The translations under genes and the position numbers were made by a program. This document shows, in pieces, positions 7,375 to 17,272 of a DNA stretch of 31,089 nucleotides. How positions within the stretch are numbered: position 1 is the first letter of the stretch; every line of letters begins with the position of its first letter. The DNA comes from a virus (Duplodnaviria; Caudoviricetes), in the IMG/VR virus record IMGVR_UViG_3300025022_000123, positions 1-31,089 of that record. The stretch is one strand, 5' to 3'. The notes beneath the pieces were generated by a model. It had not been told where the DNA came from. It did no database searches and worked only from the letters and a program-made list of their open reading frames with translations.

Positions 7375-8523
7375 ATGAACACAAAACAAACAGTGGTGGT
7401 TGCAACTAAAAAAGAATTATTAGAACTTATAAATAATTCATCAGATAGTGCTGATTTAAATTATATTGATGTGTCTAATATTACTGATATGTCTTATTTG
7501 TTTTATGATTCCAAATTTAATGGAGACATTTCGCATTGGAATGTTTCTAATGTTACCATTATGGCTGGTATGTTTATTGGTTGTGAATTCAATGGTGATA
7601 TTTCACATTGGAATGTTTCCAAAGTAAAAAATATGGAGTATATGTTTGACGAAAGTAAGTTTAATGGGGATATCTCGAAATGGAATATTTCCAATGTTAA
7701 AAATATGTCATATATGTTTTATTACAGTGAATTTAACAATGATATATCTAATTGGGATGTATCTAAGGCCACTGATATGTCATTTATGTTTTATAAGAGT
7801 AAATTCAATGGTGACATTTCTAAATGGGATGTAGCTAATGTTACTAATATGAGAAATATGTTTTATTATAGTGAATTTAATGGTAATATTTCTAAATGGA
7901 ATGTATCTAAGGTTACTGACATGAGAAATATGTTTAATAATAGTGAATTTAATGGTAATATTTCTAAATGGAATGTTTCTAATGTCACTGATATGAGTTC
8001 TATGTTTAATAACAGTGAATTTAATGGTAATATTTCTAAATGGGATGTATCTAATGTTACTAATATGCGCTCTATGTTTTATTATACTAAGTTTATTGGA
8101 AATATTTCTAAATGGGATGTATCTAGTGTTACTGATATGTCTCACATGTTTGAATATAGTAAATTCAATGGAAACATTTCAGAGTGGAATATAGTTAATG
8201 TTACTACTACAGCATTTATGTTTTCTGAAAGTGAGTTTAATGGTGATATTTCTAAATGGGATGTATCTAATGTATTAGATATGGCATGTATGTTTTATAA
8301 TACTAAGTTTAATGGAGATATTTCTAAATGGAATGTTTCCAATGTTATTGATGTTAGAAATATATTTTCTAGCAGTAAATTAATTAATAATATTGTTAAT
8401 ATTAATAATACAGAACATATTGATTATAAATATTTAGACGTGTTACAAGTATGTTTTATAATAATACTAATTACGGTAATGATAACATTTTATTATTGCT
8501 ACTATTATGGTGATATGCAATGA
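7375..8523 (+). CDS. Long BspA/DUF285 repeat protein (12 units) with C-terminal transmembrane segment
   Basis: Same N-terminus [12 protein letters not shown], twelve 24-aa repeats, hydrophobic VLQVCFIIILITVMITFYY tail; stop overlaps the next ATG (ATGA). Confidence 0.9.
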   Translation: MNTKQTVVVATKKELLELINNSSDSADLNYIDVSNITDMSYLFYDSKFNGDISHWNVSNVTIMAGMFIGCEFNGDISHWNVSKVKNMEYMFDESKFNGDISKWNISNVKNMSYMFYYSEFNNDISNWDVSKATDMSFMFYKSKFNGDISKWDVANVTNMRNMFYYSEFNGNISKWNVSKVTDMRNMFNNSEFNGNISKWNVSNVTDMSSMFNNSEFNGNISKWDVSNVTNMRSMFYYTKFIGNISKWDVSSVTDMSHMFEYSKFNGNISEWNIVNVTTTAFMFSESEFNGDISKWDVSNVLDMACMFYNTKFNGDISKWNVSNVIDVRNIFSSSKLINNIVNINNTEHIDYKYLDVLQVCFIIILITVMITFYYCYYYGDMQ

Positions 8524-10640
8524 ATATTTTTTTAGATAATGATGATAATTATAAAAGAGAAATAGATATAATAAAAGCATATGCTACACAATCTAGTTCA
8601 TATTTACAGAAAATAAAAAATATATCTAAAGATAGTGCAGATAAGATAATGGCAGATATAATAAAAACTAGATTATTAGATAGAAAAATTAAACACTTTA
8701 GTAGAAAAGAAAATGGTGATAGAGAAATAGTAGAAACTAGTTTATTAGGTTATATTTATAATAATATTAGAAATAATAACATTATAGTTCCTACATTTAC
8801 CACATACCTTAATAGTAATGTAAAAAAATCAATGCTATCTGAATTTATTGCCAATAATGTTAAAGTTAGATCTATAGCTAAAAAAATAGCACAAAAAGCT
8901 AAAGTAAATAAAAATATGGATTTATATAATTCTAAAAATAATGAACAAAGTATGCTTAAGACTTATAACAATTCCTTATCAGGTGCATTTGCACAAAAAT
9001 CTTGTATATTACATAATCCTACAGCTCATAGTACCTTAACTTCTATCACTAGAACTATGTCATCTTTAGCTAATGCTAATAATGAAAAACTTATAACTGG
9101 TAATAGATTTTATTACAGTCCATTAATTATGTTAAATAATATAATTTATATAGTTTCAAATGCAAATTTAATAATTCTTAAAGATGTAATAGATAAATAT
9201 AATTTATATTTACCTAATGTTGATGATGTTGTAAATGTTTTAAAAAGAAGTTCAGATCTTTATTTTAGTGATTTACCTTATTATTTAACTAAAATTATAC
9301 CATATTTAAATACACTTACACCATATGAAAGAGCTGCTATATGTTACTTAGGTGATTTTTATCATATACGTGTTTTTAATCCTGAATTTGTAAAAACGTT
9401 TATAACTGAATTATGTACTAAAATCAGTAGCAATGATACATCCCTAGATATACCTAATAAATTATATGCTACAAATGAAAGTATTTTAAATTTTACTCAT
9501 TTAATATGGTTTAGCATGGTACGTGGTTATGGTAAGAAATATGAAGAATTACATACTGAAAATAAAGCAGCTAATTTATATTATACAACTTTACATATAG
9601 AAGAAGTATTAGTTAAATATAAAGATTTTATACATGGGTTTTTTGTAACTAATATATTACCTAATTCTAGTAACAGATTAAAATATATGAGAAGAAGGAC
9701 TGTTGTACTTAGTGACACAGATTCTACTTGTTTTACAATGGAAGAATGGGTAAATTGGTACAATGGCTCTATAGTTATAAATGATGAAACTATAGCTGTA
9801 GCTGGTGCAGTTTGTTTATTAGCTACAGAAAATATAGCACATTTATTAGCTAAGTTATCAGCAAATTTAAATGTAGATAAATCATTATTACATACTCTTG
9901 CAATGAAAAATGAATATATGTGGACTGTGCACATACCAACTGAGGTATCTAAACATTATTTAGCTTATACTGTTATGCAAGAAGGCAGTGTTCATAGTGA
10001 ACCAGAATTAGAGATAAAAGGTGTACATCTTAAAAATAATGCATTACCTAAAAATATAAAAGATGATATTAATAATCTTATAGAAGATATTTTAAAAACT
10101 ATACATACTAATAATAAAATAAAAATAACTAATATATTATTACATATTAAAAATTTAGAAGACGAAATAAGAAGATCTGTATTAGCTGGTGAAGTTATTT
10201 ATTATAAGAAATCATCTATTAAAAATAAAGAAGGATATGCTATGGATGAATTTCATTCTCCATATCAAAGACACATGTTCTGGGTAGATATATTTCAAGA
10301 TAAATATGGTGAAGTAGCTGAACCACCTTATAATACTATAAAAATACCCACTATTATAATAAATAAAGTTACTATGAATGAATGGATTAATTCTATAGAA
10401 GATAAAGATATAGCAGATAAATTAAATACATGGTTAATTAAATATAATAAAAAAGATTTACCTACTTTATATCTTAATGTAGATTATGCTCAAGCATATG
10501 GTATACCTATTGAATTTATTAATATTATTGATGTAAAAAGAATTATTTTAGATTTAACTATTACATATAGATTAATATTAGAATCATTAGGGTTAATTAT
10601 GGATAATAAATTATTAATTTCTGAGCAGTATCTTTTTTAA
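8520..10640 (+). CDS. phiKZ-type family B DNA polymerase, catalytic (palm) subunit (gp50-like)
   Basis: Motif B-like QSMLKTYNNSLSGA, motif C VLSDTDST, KNEY, KHY, LEIKGVHL; size fits the split PolB of phiKZ-related phages. Confidence 0.85.
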   Translation: MNIFLDNDDNYKREIDIIKAYATQSSSYLQKIKNISKDSADKIMADIIKTRLLDRKIKHFSRKENGDREIVETSLLGYIYNNIRNNNIIVPTFTTYLNSNVKKSMLSEFIANNVKVRSIAKKIAQKAKVNKNMDLYNSKNNEQSMLKTYNNSLSGAFAQKSCILHNPTAHSTLTSITRTMSSLANANNEKLITGNRFYYSPLIMLNNIIYIVSNANLIILKDVIDKYNLYLPNVDDVVNVLKRSSDLYFSDLPYYLTKIIPYLNTLTPYERAAICYLGDFYHIRVFNPEFVKTFITELCTKISSNDTSLDIPNKLYATNESILNFTHLIWFSMVRGYGKKYEELHTENKAANLYYTTLHIEEVLVKYKDFIHGFFVTNILPNSSNRLKYMRRRTVVLSDTDSTCFTMEEWVNWYNGSIVINDETIAVAGAVCLLATENIAHLLAKLSANLNVDKSLLHTLAMKNEYMWTVHIPTEVSKHYLAYTVMQEGSVHSEPELEIKGVHLKNNALPKNIKDDINNLIEDILKTIHTNNKIKITNILLHIKNLEDEIRRSVLAGEVIYYKKSSIKNKEGYAMDEFHSPYQRHMFWVDIFQDKYGEVAEPPYNTIKIPTIIINKVTMNEWINSIEDKDIADKLNTWLIKYNKKDLPTLYLNVDYAQAYGIPIEFINIIDVKRIILDLTITYRLILESLGLIMDNKLLISEQYLF

Positions 10641-10645
10641 TTGAC

Positions 10646-10681
10646 ATCTTGATATGTAAGGTTACCCTTACATATCAAGAT
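10646..10681. terminator. 16-bp perfect inverted repeat after the polymerase gene (probable terminator)
   Basis: ATCTTGATATGTAAGG-TTAC-CCTTACATATCAAGAT; no strong U tract. Confidence 0.6.
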
Positions 10682-10724
10682 CAATCTTGTGGGTTACTAA
10701 ATTTAAAAGAAAGGGATAAAAAAT

Positions 10725-11942
10725 ATGCCTATAACACCAACACCAATTTCACCATCTGTAACATATTTTATAGATATGTCTGGTTCTAACCCAGCTAATT
10801 TAGTTTCAAATGAAATACATACAGTTAGTGAAGCACATTTTGCAGATTACTATTTTATAATTCCTAATTTTGCGCCATTTTATGCCCAAAATTTTGCCAT
10901 GAGTATATCTATTAATGGTATAGTAACAACATTAATAGAGAATATAGATTATAGTTTAGTATTACCTTACGTAACTGGAACTAGAACAACTGGTAAACCA
11001 ATGTACGGTGGAATAACCATACATAATTTAGCATTAAATGGTATATTATCTTTAACATATCAGACAATAGGTGGTGATCAGTTAGTAGATAGATTATATG
11101 TTTTAAATTATCTAGTAGAAAAAGCATATAACCCAAGAACAACAATATGGGATATTATAACAAATGTTCCTAATGCTCTTCCACCAAATCCTCATTATCA
11201 AGATTATAATCAATTTTTAGGTCAAGATTCGTTGATACTAAAATTAAATGAAATGAAAGATGCTATATTAGCTAATTCAACTAATACATCAGCACAAATA
11301 CTTTCAATAGTAAATAACTTAAGTAATAATACAACTAATGGTTTAGCTTTCACTGGTGGTACAATGACTAGCCCACTTATATTAGCTGGTAATCCAAATA
11401 CAGCACTTGAAGCTGCTACTAAACAATATGTTGATAGTAGTGACCTAGCATTACAAACTCAAGTTACAACATTACAAGGAGCAGTTACTACATTTAATGC
11501 TAGTACAGTTACCTTAACATATGTAGATACAAAAGATGCACTTAAGGTAAATAAGGCTGGTGATACCATGACTGGTCAACTAGTGTTACCAGGTGCTCCT
11601 ACATTAACCACACATGCTACTGATAAAGGTTATGTTGATACACTAGTAACAACACATACTGCTAATGTAGCATTACATCTTACACCAACTCAAAATACAT
11701 TATTAGATGCAGTAACTGTAACATCAACTGAAATCAATACTTTAGCTGGCGCTACATCTAATGTGCAAGCACAAATAAATACTAAACTTAGTTTAGCTGG
11801 TGGAACAATGACCGGTCCAATAACATTAGCATCTGATCCAATAGCTCCATTGGATGCAGCAACTAAACAATATATAGATATGCAAATAATTGAACTTAGA
11901 CAATATATTACTGATATGTTATTGATAAATAAAATACTTTAA
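10725..11942 (+). CDS. Virion structural protein with baseplate-type N-terminal domain and tail-fibre shaft repeats
   Basis: N-terminal DMSGSNPANLVSNEIH..IIPNFAPFY domain; three G(G/D)TMT..L.L...P.....AT.K.YVD-type repeats. Confidence 0.7.
   Translation: MPITPTPISPSVTYFIDMSGSNPANLVSNEIHTVSEAHFADYYFIIPNFAPFYAQNFAMSISINGIVTTLIENIDYSLVLPYVTGTRTTGKPMYGGITIHNLALNGILSLTYQTIGGDQLVDRLYVLNYLVEKAYNPRTTIWDIITNVPNALPPNPHYQDYNQFLGQDSLILKLNEMKDAILANSTNTSAQILSIVNNLSNNTTNGLAFTGGTMTSPLILAGNPNTALEAATKQYVDSSDLALQTQVTTLQGAVTTFNASTVTLTYVDTKDALKVNKAGDTMTGQLVLPGAPTLTTHATDKGYVDTLVTTHTANVALHLTPTQNTLLDAVTVTSTEINTLAGATSNVQAQINTKLSLAGGTMTGPITLASDPIAPLDAATKQYIDMQIIELRQYITDMLLINKIL
11410..11577 (+). repeat. 168-bp direct repeat, copy A (copy B at 30922-31089)
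   Basis: Ungapped manual alignment gives about 15 mismatches in 168 bp. Confidence 0.9.
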
Positions 11943-11977
11943 ATAAATATCAACATAATAATATAATGTTACAAATG

Positions 11978-12017
11978 TATAACCATCTAGATAGCATATG
12001 CTATCTAGATGGTTATA
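11978..12017. terminator. Perfect 40-bp palindrome between convergent genes
   Basis: TATAACCATCTAGATAGCAT|ATGCTATCTAGATGGTTATA. Confidence 0.7.
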
Positions 12018-12028
12018 TTATACTAACA

Positions 12029-12874
12029 TTAAAGTGATAGTATTTTATCTATATTAACTAAATGTACTTTATAAAAACCTGTTAATGTATTTTTAAAGTA
12101 ACCATAAATTTCTAATATTTTTGCAAAATCATGCACCATTATTGATAGTTCTTTTTTCATTTTATCATTAGACAATGAAATATTATTATTACCTACTTCA
12201 GTAGCTAAATGGTCTAATAGCATACAGACAGAATTGTATAAAGTTTTAATATTATCAGAAGTTTCTTGATTAGATATTTTATCAAGTTTAGCGATATCTT
12301 CATGCATAGGTTTAAAATCATTTAAGGTTTTAAATAATGCTCTAATAGAATCTTGATCTAAACCATTTGTTTTAGTAAAATATTTATTACCTTTATTTAA
12401 TAAATTTTCACAAATAGATACATTTTTATTTAGTTTTGAATACCCATACACCATTGCTTTATTATCAATATTAACTGTATTTAAATAATCAGAAATAGCT
12501 AATTTAAGTATATCGCCTGACTCTAATACCACAGGAGTTAATTCAGAAAATATTTCTTTTAAATCTGAAATATAATCTACAAATTTACCACTAAAGTTTT
12601 CTTGTTTATAAATTATATTATCAGCTACTAATGTAAATTCTAAGTATTTAATTTTATTATTTAATTCAAACTGTTTAGATAAGACTTCTGCAGCTTGTCT
12701 ATCATCATATTTACCTAATACAGATGTACCAAGATTATGAAATACATCTAACATTTTATAAACATAATCAGATAAAGCTTCTGTCGACACTTTATCTATG
12801 TTTGTAAAATAATTATTATACTGTTCTATTGAAATAGAATTTTTTAATTCAGTTTTATTATTATACAATTTCAT
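12029..12874 (-). CDS. Putative internal head protein
   Basis: 281-aa ORF; N-terminal SIE and STE motifs match the S/A/G-X-E prohead-protease cleavage consensus of phiKZ head proteins. Confidence 0.5.
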   Translation of the reverse strand: MKLYNNKTELKNSISIEQYNNYFTNIDKVSTEALSDYVYKMLDVFHNLGTSVLGKYDDRQAAEVLSKQFELNNKIKYLEFTLVADNIIYKQENFSGKFVDYISDLKEIFSELTPVVLESGDILKLAISDYLNTVNIDNKAMVYGYSKLNKNVSICENLLNKGNKYFTKTNGLDQDSIRALFKTLNDFKPMHEDIAKLDKISNQETSDNIKTLYNSVCMLLDHLATEVGNNNISLSNDKMKKELSIMVHDFAKILEIYGYFKNTLTGFYKVHLVNIDKILSL

Positions 12875-12886
12875 GATTGCCTTTCT

Positions 12887-15800
12887 TTACTTAAAATATA
12901 AATCTGCTACTTGTTTAGATACTTCTTTTAATAATGTATTAGATGTACCCATTATATATGGGGATAAAGTAATACGCGCAGCGACACCTTTAAATCCATA
13001 CATAGCATCAACTTCTTTACCATCTTCTGTGTGTAAATTATAAGAATATACATCACCTAAAACAGATTTTAATTGAGCACCATATACAAATTTATCACCT
13101 ATACCAGCATTAACGTTTTGAGTGATGTATATTTTTAATTCTAACATTTCTGGCATTAAGTTAACACCATTTACTCTATATTCATCTGATACTTTATTAT
13201 TAGTTAATTCTAAAGAACTTCCTTTAGTTTTAGACTCTGTATCAGCATTTAATTTCTTAGCTAATTTCTTTAAACTAGGAGACATATCATTTATATCACC
13301 ATTATAATACATCTCATATTTATCTATTACACCTTTAATTTTAGGTTTAGGAGATAAATTAGCTATATTTGATAATAACTTTAAAGTATCTTTATTTAAA
13401 TTAATTGCATCAGATTCATTTTCTAATAAAGTAAATATTACTGAATCTATTTCTACTTGACTATTTTCTGGTAATAAATTTATAATTGTTTTACTAAAAT
13501 CAATAGTATAACTTAAAACTTTAGTATACTTAGTTGACATTTCTGATGATAATTTAGCTGATATACTTGAACTATCTTCATATACTTCATTATTTAAGGT
13601 TAAGGCTGTAGTTACATTTTTAGCAAATTTAAGTATGAGTCTATCTTTATTAAGCCAATCTTTTTCAAAGTAATTACTATTATAAGTAATAGGATCAGAC
13701 TTCTTAAAAGAGCTTTTAACAGATAGTTCTGTCACTATGGGATGTTGGTAACAAGAACCTTCTGCTAAACCATGCTGCAACCCTATAGGTACTGTTACAA
13801 CGGTTTTATCTTTATCTTTATATTGTATAGTTATAGTATGTTCAGTTTTTTCTATAACTACACCATCTTCCAAAGCCATATAAGCATATAATGGGCTTAC
13901 TCTAAATGGTACTATATACTCATACTCAGTTCTAATTAAAGGTTGTGAATAACCAGGCGTAGCTATAACATGAGTATTTTGAATTGCTATAAAATTTGTT
14001 CTTTTTGGATCATCATTTTCTACAGCAGGTGTTAATAAACCAGATGTAGATAATAACTTTTCAGGTGAATCTTTATAACTAGTATCAGAAGAATCAATCA
14101 TACCTCTTATATTTTTAAATCTAGCATGTGGTGTTAAAAAAGTATTTATACCAACATCACCAGAGATAACTGTTGATTCAGAAGTAACACCCATATCTGT
14201 ATTAGAATATTCTCTTAATTTACTAGATACAGATTCTCTGCTTATACCATCTCCTCCAGTTAAAGTTACAGATTCTATTTCCTTTAATTCATTAATAGGA
14301 TTAATATCTTCAATAAGTTTTTTACTATTATCCATAGTAACTTCATTCCATACTGCATATGGTGATAATTCTATTTTATTTTTTTTTCCAGATTTAAATT
14401 TATAAGCTCTTATACTTGAAGTAAGCGCTTTATAAGTTAACCCAGCTATACGTTCATATCCTTTTATTCTAGAATAATTCATGTCATTTATTTTAGGATA
14501 CTCTAATGTAGTTAATAAATTATTAGCTCTTAAAAGTAATTCTAAATAATTAGTTGGTTCTTTCATTTCTTTTAAGACATCTATTGTTATAGGATCTAAA
14601 AATAAATCTTTCAATATACCTAATTCTTTAAGATGCATTAAATTACAAGATCTTTCTTCCATAACTAATAAATAAATATCTGGTTTATTAAAATCAATTA
14701 TATTATATTGTCTAATTAAATCTTTATAGAATAAAAAACCTGAAAGTAATAACGTTGCTTCTTTATTAGATTTTTTAAATATAAGTTTGTTATCTTTAAA
14801 TCTAAGTTGAAATTCATCTTCAGAAAGTTTATATTTCTTATTACTTTCCATTATTATAGGATTACCTTTACAAATTTTTATAAGACCTTCTATGCCTATA
14901 TAATATGCTATAGCAACACCTAATGGTATGTCAGTACCTAATATTTTTATAGTTGAAAAAGTTGTTGGTATTTTACTATTATCTAAATTTAATAATGTTT
15001 CTATTTTACCTATAGGTGTAGTGGTATTATTTTTAAAAACACTTATGATATCATTATTGTCTATAACTAAAATATCACTAGCTTTGTTATACCCTATATA
15101 AAATAAAGATCTTTTTTCCAATGACTGTTGTACTTCAATATCAATGTGTTTACTTATATCTGTATAAACTAAATTTAATGTATATATTTCATCATTATTA
15201 GCTATTACTATGTTATTAAATGTCATACTCAAATTACTATACATAATAGGTAAGTTTAATGAATTATCAAAACTATTACCTAATTCTATATGTTTAATTA
15301 TAAGTGGCGATTCTGATATATAATCTTCTTTAATATAATTAGTAATGTAACTTAAATAATTATAAGCTTTTCTTTCAGTTGCAGCTATAAACAATTTACA
15401 ATAGTTACTTGTTAGTGCTACTTTAATTTCTGATATTTTACGTATTGGCAGATCAGATTTTTGTTTTCTAAGTTTCAATCTTACTGCAGATGCTAAAAAT
15501 GTGCCATCTTCATTTATCTTAGGTAACTTAAAGTAGATAATACTTTCTTTAGCATCTAATGGTTTTAATACAACTCTATGATATTCATAATTACCTAATA
15601 AAGATTTTTCTTTATCTATATCATAACTCTTAACAATGATATTAGCTTTTTCTAGATTAAGAACACATGCTAATATATCTTTATAAAGAACATTATTTAT
15701 ATATTTTTTATCCATTAACCCTAATATGTTTTCTTTGTAAACAGAATTAACAAGATTATTATTAACAGATATTACTTTTTCTTCTTTTGTTATATTGGTA

Positions 15801-17164
15801 TCTTCTGGTTTTATAATAGTATCTTCATCTATTTGTTTATTTATATTATAAGGAGATTTTAATTCTTTTCTATCTGCTATTTGTTTTTTGATAGTTCTTA
15901 TTTCAGCAGAACTTACAGATTTAGAATTAATTAATTGTTCTATATATTTATTATATGTTTCTTCTTTTGTTTTATCTTTTATTAAATCAATTATTTCATC
16001 GTCATTAGCATTAAATGACATTACACTATCTTCATTTATATCTTCATTTATATCTTCTATAAATAAATTATCTATTTCAGATTCATCATATTCATTTATT
16101 AATTCAGTAAGATTAACTGGATTAATATCTTCTGGTTTAATGGTATTATTTTTAATATTATATTTGTTATGTTTAGTATATTCTAATTCATTTTGATTAT
16201 TTTGTTCATTATCATCTAAATCATTATCAGGTGAATTATCAGTAATTGTAATACTATCATCAGTTATATCTAATACAGTATTTTGTTCTAACTCTTTCTC
16301 AACTACAGATTGCACTCTTAACAATGAAACAATAAATAGTTTTTGTAATTTATCTATAGTTAATTTAGTTTTATTGTCTAATGGTGAATCTTTAGATAAA
16401 GAAGCTAATACATTAAATGGTATAAATATTATTTTATCTTTATATTCAAAATTTAGAATAATATTATTAGTATCTTCATCTGTTATAACATTATAACTAG
16501 ATTTATTTCTTGTTTTAGGATTAAACCATAAAAATAATTGGAATATATCTAATAAAGAATCTTCCTTAACAACTCTCATAAGTTGTAATTCATTCATATT
16601 AGCCATTCTTACAAATATATTATAACTGTATAACATATGTGGTATTTTTATATTTATAAAATTAATTGAACTAGGTTGATTATTTATTATTTGTTTAACA
16701 CCACCTATATAAGTACGTTTTAAATTATAATAACTATTATGTTTACTTAATAAATTAGATGGGTATTTATACATATGCTTAATGGCATTGTAATTTATAA
16801 TATTAACAGATATATCATCTGCTTTACTTTGTTCAAAAATATTAGTAGGTCTAAAATCTTTAAGATTATTTCTTTCCCATTTTTTTATTTTTGTATTTAA
16901 TTGTTTTTCTAATAAAATAGGATTACCTTCTTTAAAAGATAAGTCATTTACATTGTATATTGCTATTTTTTTATTACTTGATATAGCATTAAAGTAATAA
17001 GAATTTTTGCTTATAAACATAGATTCAGAATCTAAATCTAATAGATGTAATATAGTTTGTTTAGGTAATACTATATCATCTTTATTATTTATAACTGGGT
17101 TGAATAAATATATATAATTTCTTACTGCATATTTTAATAAGAAACTGCTAGATACTAATAACAT
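12887..17164 (-). CDS. Virion RNA polymerase beta-like subunit (phiKZ gp178-like)
   Basis: About 1425 aa; SESTVISGDVG, NDDPKRTNFIAIQNTH, YEDSSSIS, GDKFVYGAQLKSV motifs. Start moved to ATG 17164 (RBS AAGGAG). Confidence 0.9.
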   Translation of the reverse strand: MLLVSSSFLLKYAVRNYIYLFNPVINNKDDIVLPKQTILHLLDLDSESMFISKNSYYFNAISSNKKIAIYNVNDLSFKEGNPILLEKQLNTKIKKWERNNLKDFRPTNIFEQSKADDISVNIINYNAIKHMYKYPSNLLSKHNSYYNLKRTYIGGVKQIINNQPSSINFINIKIPHMLYSYNIFVRMANMNELQLMRVVKEDSLLDIFQLFLWFNPKTRNKSSYNVITDEDTNNIILNFEYKDKIIFIPFNVLASLSKDSPLDNKTKLTIDKLQKLFIVSLLRVQSVVEKELEQNTVLDITDDSITITDNSPDNDLDDNEQNNQNELEYTKHNKYNIKNNTIKPEDINPVNLTELINEYDESEIDNLFIEDINEDINEDSVMSFNANDDEIIDLIKDKTKEETYNKYIEQLINSKSVSSAEIRTIKKQIADRKELKSPYNINKQIDEDTIIKPEDTNITKEEKVISVNNNLVNSVYKENILGLMDKKYINNVLYKDILACVLNLEKANIIVKSYDIDKEKSLLGNYEYHRVVLKPLDAKESIIYFKLPKINEDGTFLASAVRLKLRKQKSDLPIRKISEIKVALTSNYCKLFIAATERKAYNYLSYITNYIKEDYISESPLIIKHIELGNSFDNSLNLPIMYSNLSMTFNNIVIANNDEIYTLNLVYTDISKHIDIEVQQSLEKRSLFYIGYNKASDILVIDNNDIISVFKNNTTTPIGKIETLLNLDNSKIPTTFSTIKILGTDIPLGVAIAYYIGIEGLIKICKGNPIIMESNKKYKLSEDEFQLRFKDNKLIFKKSNKEATLLLSGFLFYKDLIRQYNIIDFNKPDIYLLVMEERSCNLMHLKELGILKDLFLDPITIDVLKEMKEPTNYLELLLRANNLLTTLEYPKINDMNYSRIKGYERIAGLTYKALTSSIRAYKFKSGKKNKIELSPYAVWNEVTMDNSKKLIEDINPINELKEIESVTLTGGDGISRESVSSKLREYSNTDMGVTSESTVISGDVGINTFLTPHARFKNIRGMIDSSDTSYKDSPEKLLSTSGLLTPAVENDDPKRTNFIAIQNTHVIATPGYSQPLIRTEYEYIVPFRVSPLYAYMALEDGVVIEKTEHTITIQYKDKDKTVVTVPIGLQHGLAEGSCYQHPIVTELSVKSSFKKSDPITYNSNYFEKDWLNKDRLILKFAKNVTTALTLNNEVYEDSSSISAKLSSEMSTKYTKVLSYTIDFSKTIINLLPENSQVEIDSVIFTLLENESDAINLNKDTLKLLSNIANLSPKPKIKGVIDKYEMYYNGDINDMSPSLKKLAKKLNADTESKTKGSSLELTNNKVSDEYRVNGVNLMPEMLELKIYITQNVNAGIGDKFVYGAQLKSVLGDVYSYNLHTEDGKEVDAMYGFKGVAARITLSPYIMGTSNTLLKEVSKQVADLYFK

Positions 17165-17225
17165 AATTACTCCTTTGTTTTTAAATTCAAAAAATCTATT
17201 TTTTTGAATGTTTTTTATATACAGA

Positions 17226-17268
17226 TAATACATCTAGCTACCACTTAAAATGGTAGCTAGATGTATTA
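17226..17268 (-). terminator. 18-bp inverted repeat, probable terminator of 17273-18358
   Basis: TAATACATCTAGCTACCA-CTTAAAA-TGGTAGCTAGATGTATTA. Confidence 0.7.
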
Positions 17269-17272
17269 ATTT

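Noticed and set aside
11410-11577. Diversity-generating retroelement template/variable repeat pair with 30922-31089
   Set aside because: Mismatches are not confined to adenines of one copy, both copies are mid-gene coding sequence, and no reverse transcriptase is in the window.
8520-17164. Introns or inteins in DNA polymerase or RNAP
   Set aside because: Both ORFs are uninterrupted, of expected size, with no intein splice or homing-endonuclease motifs seen.
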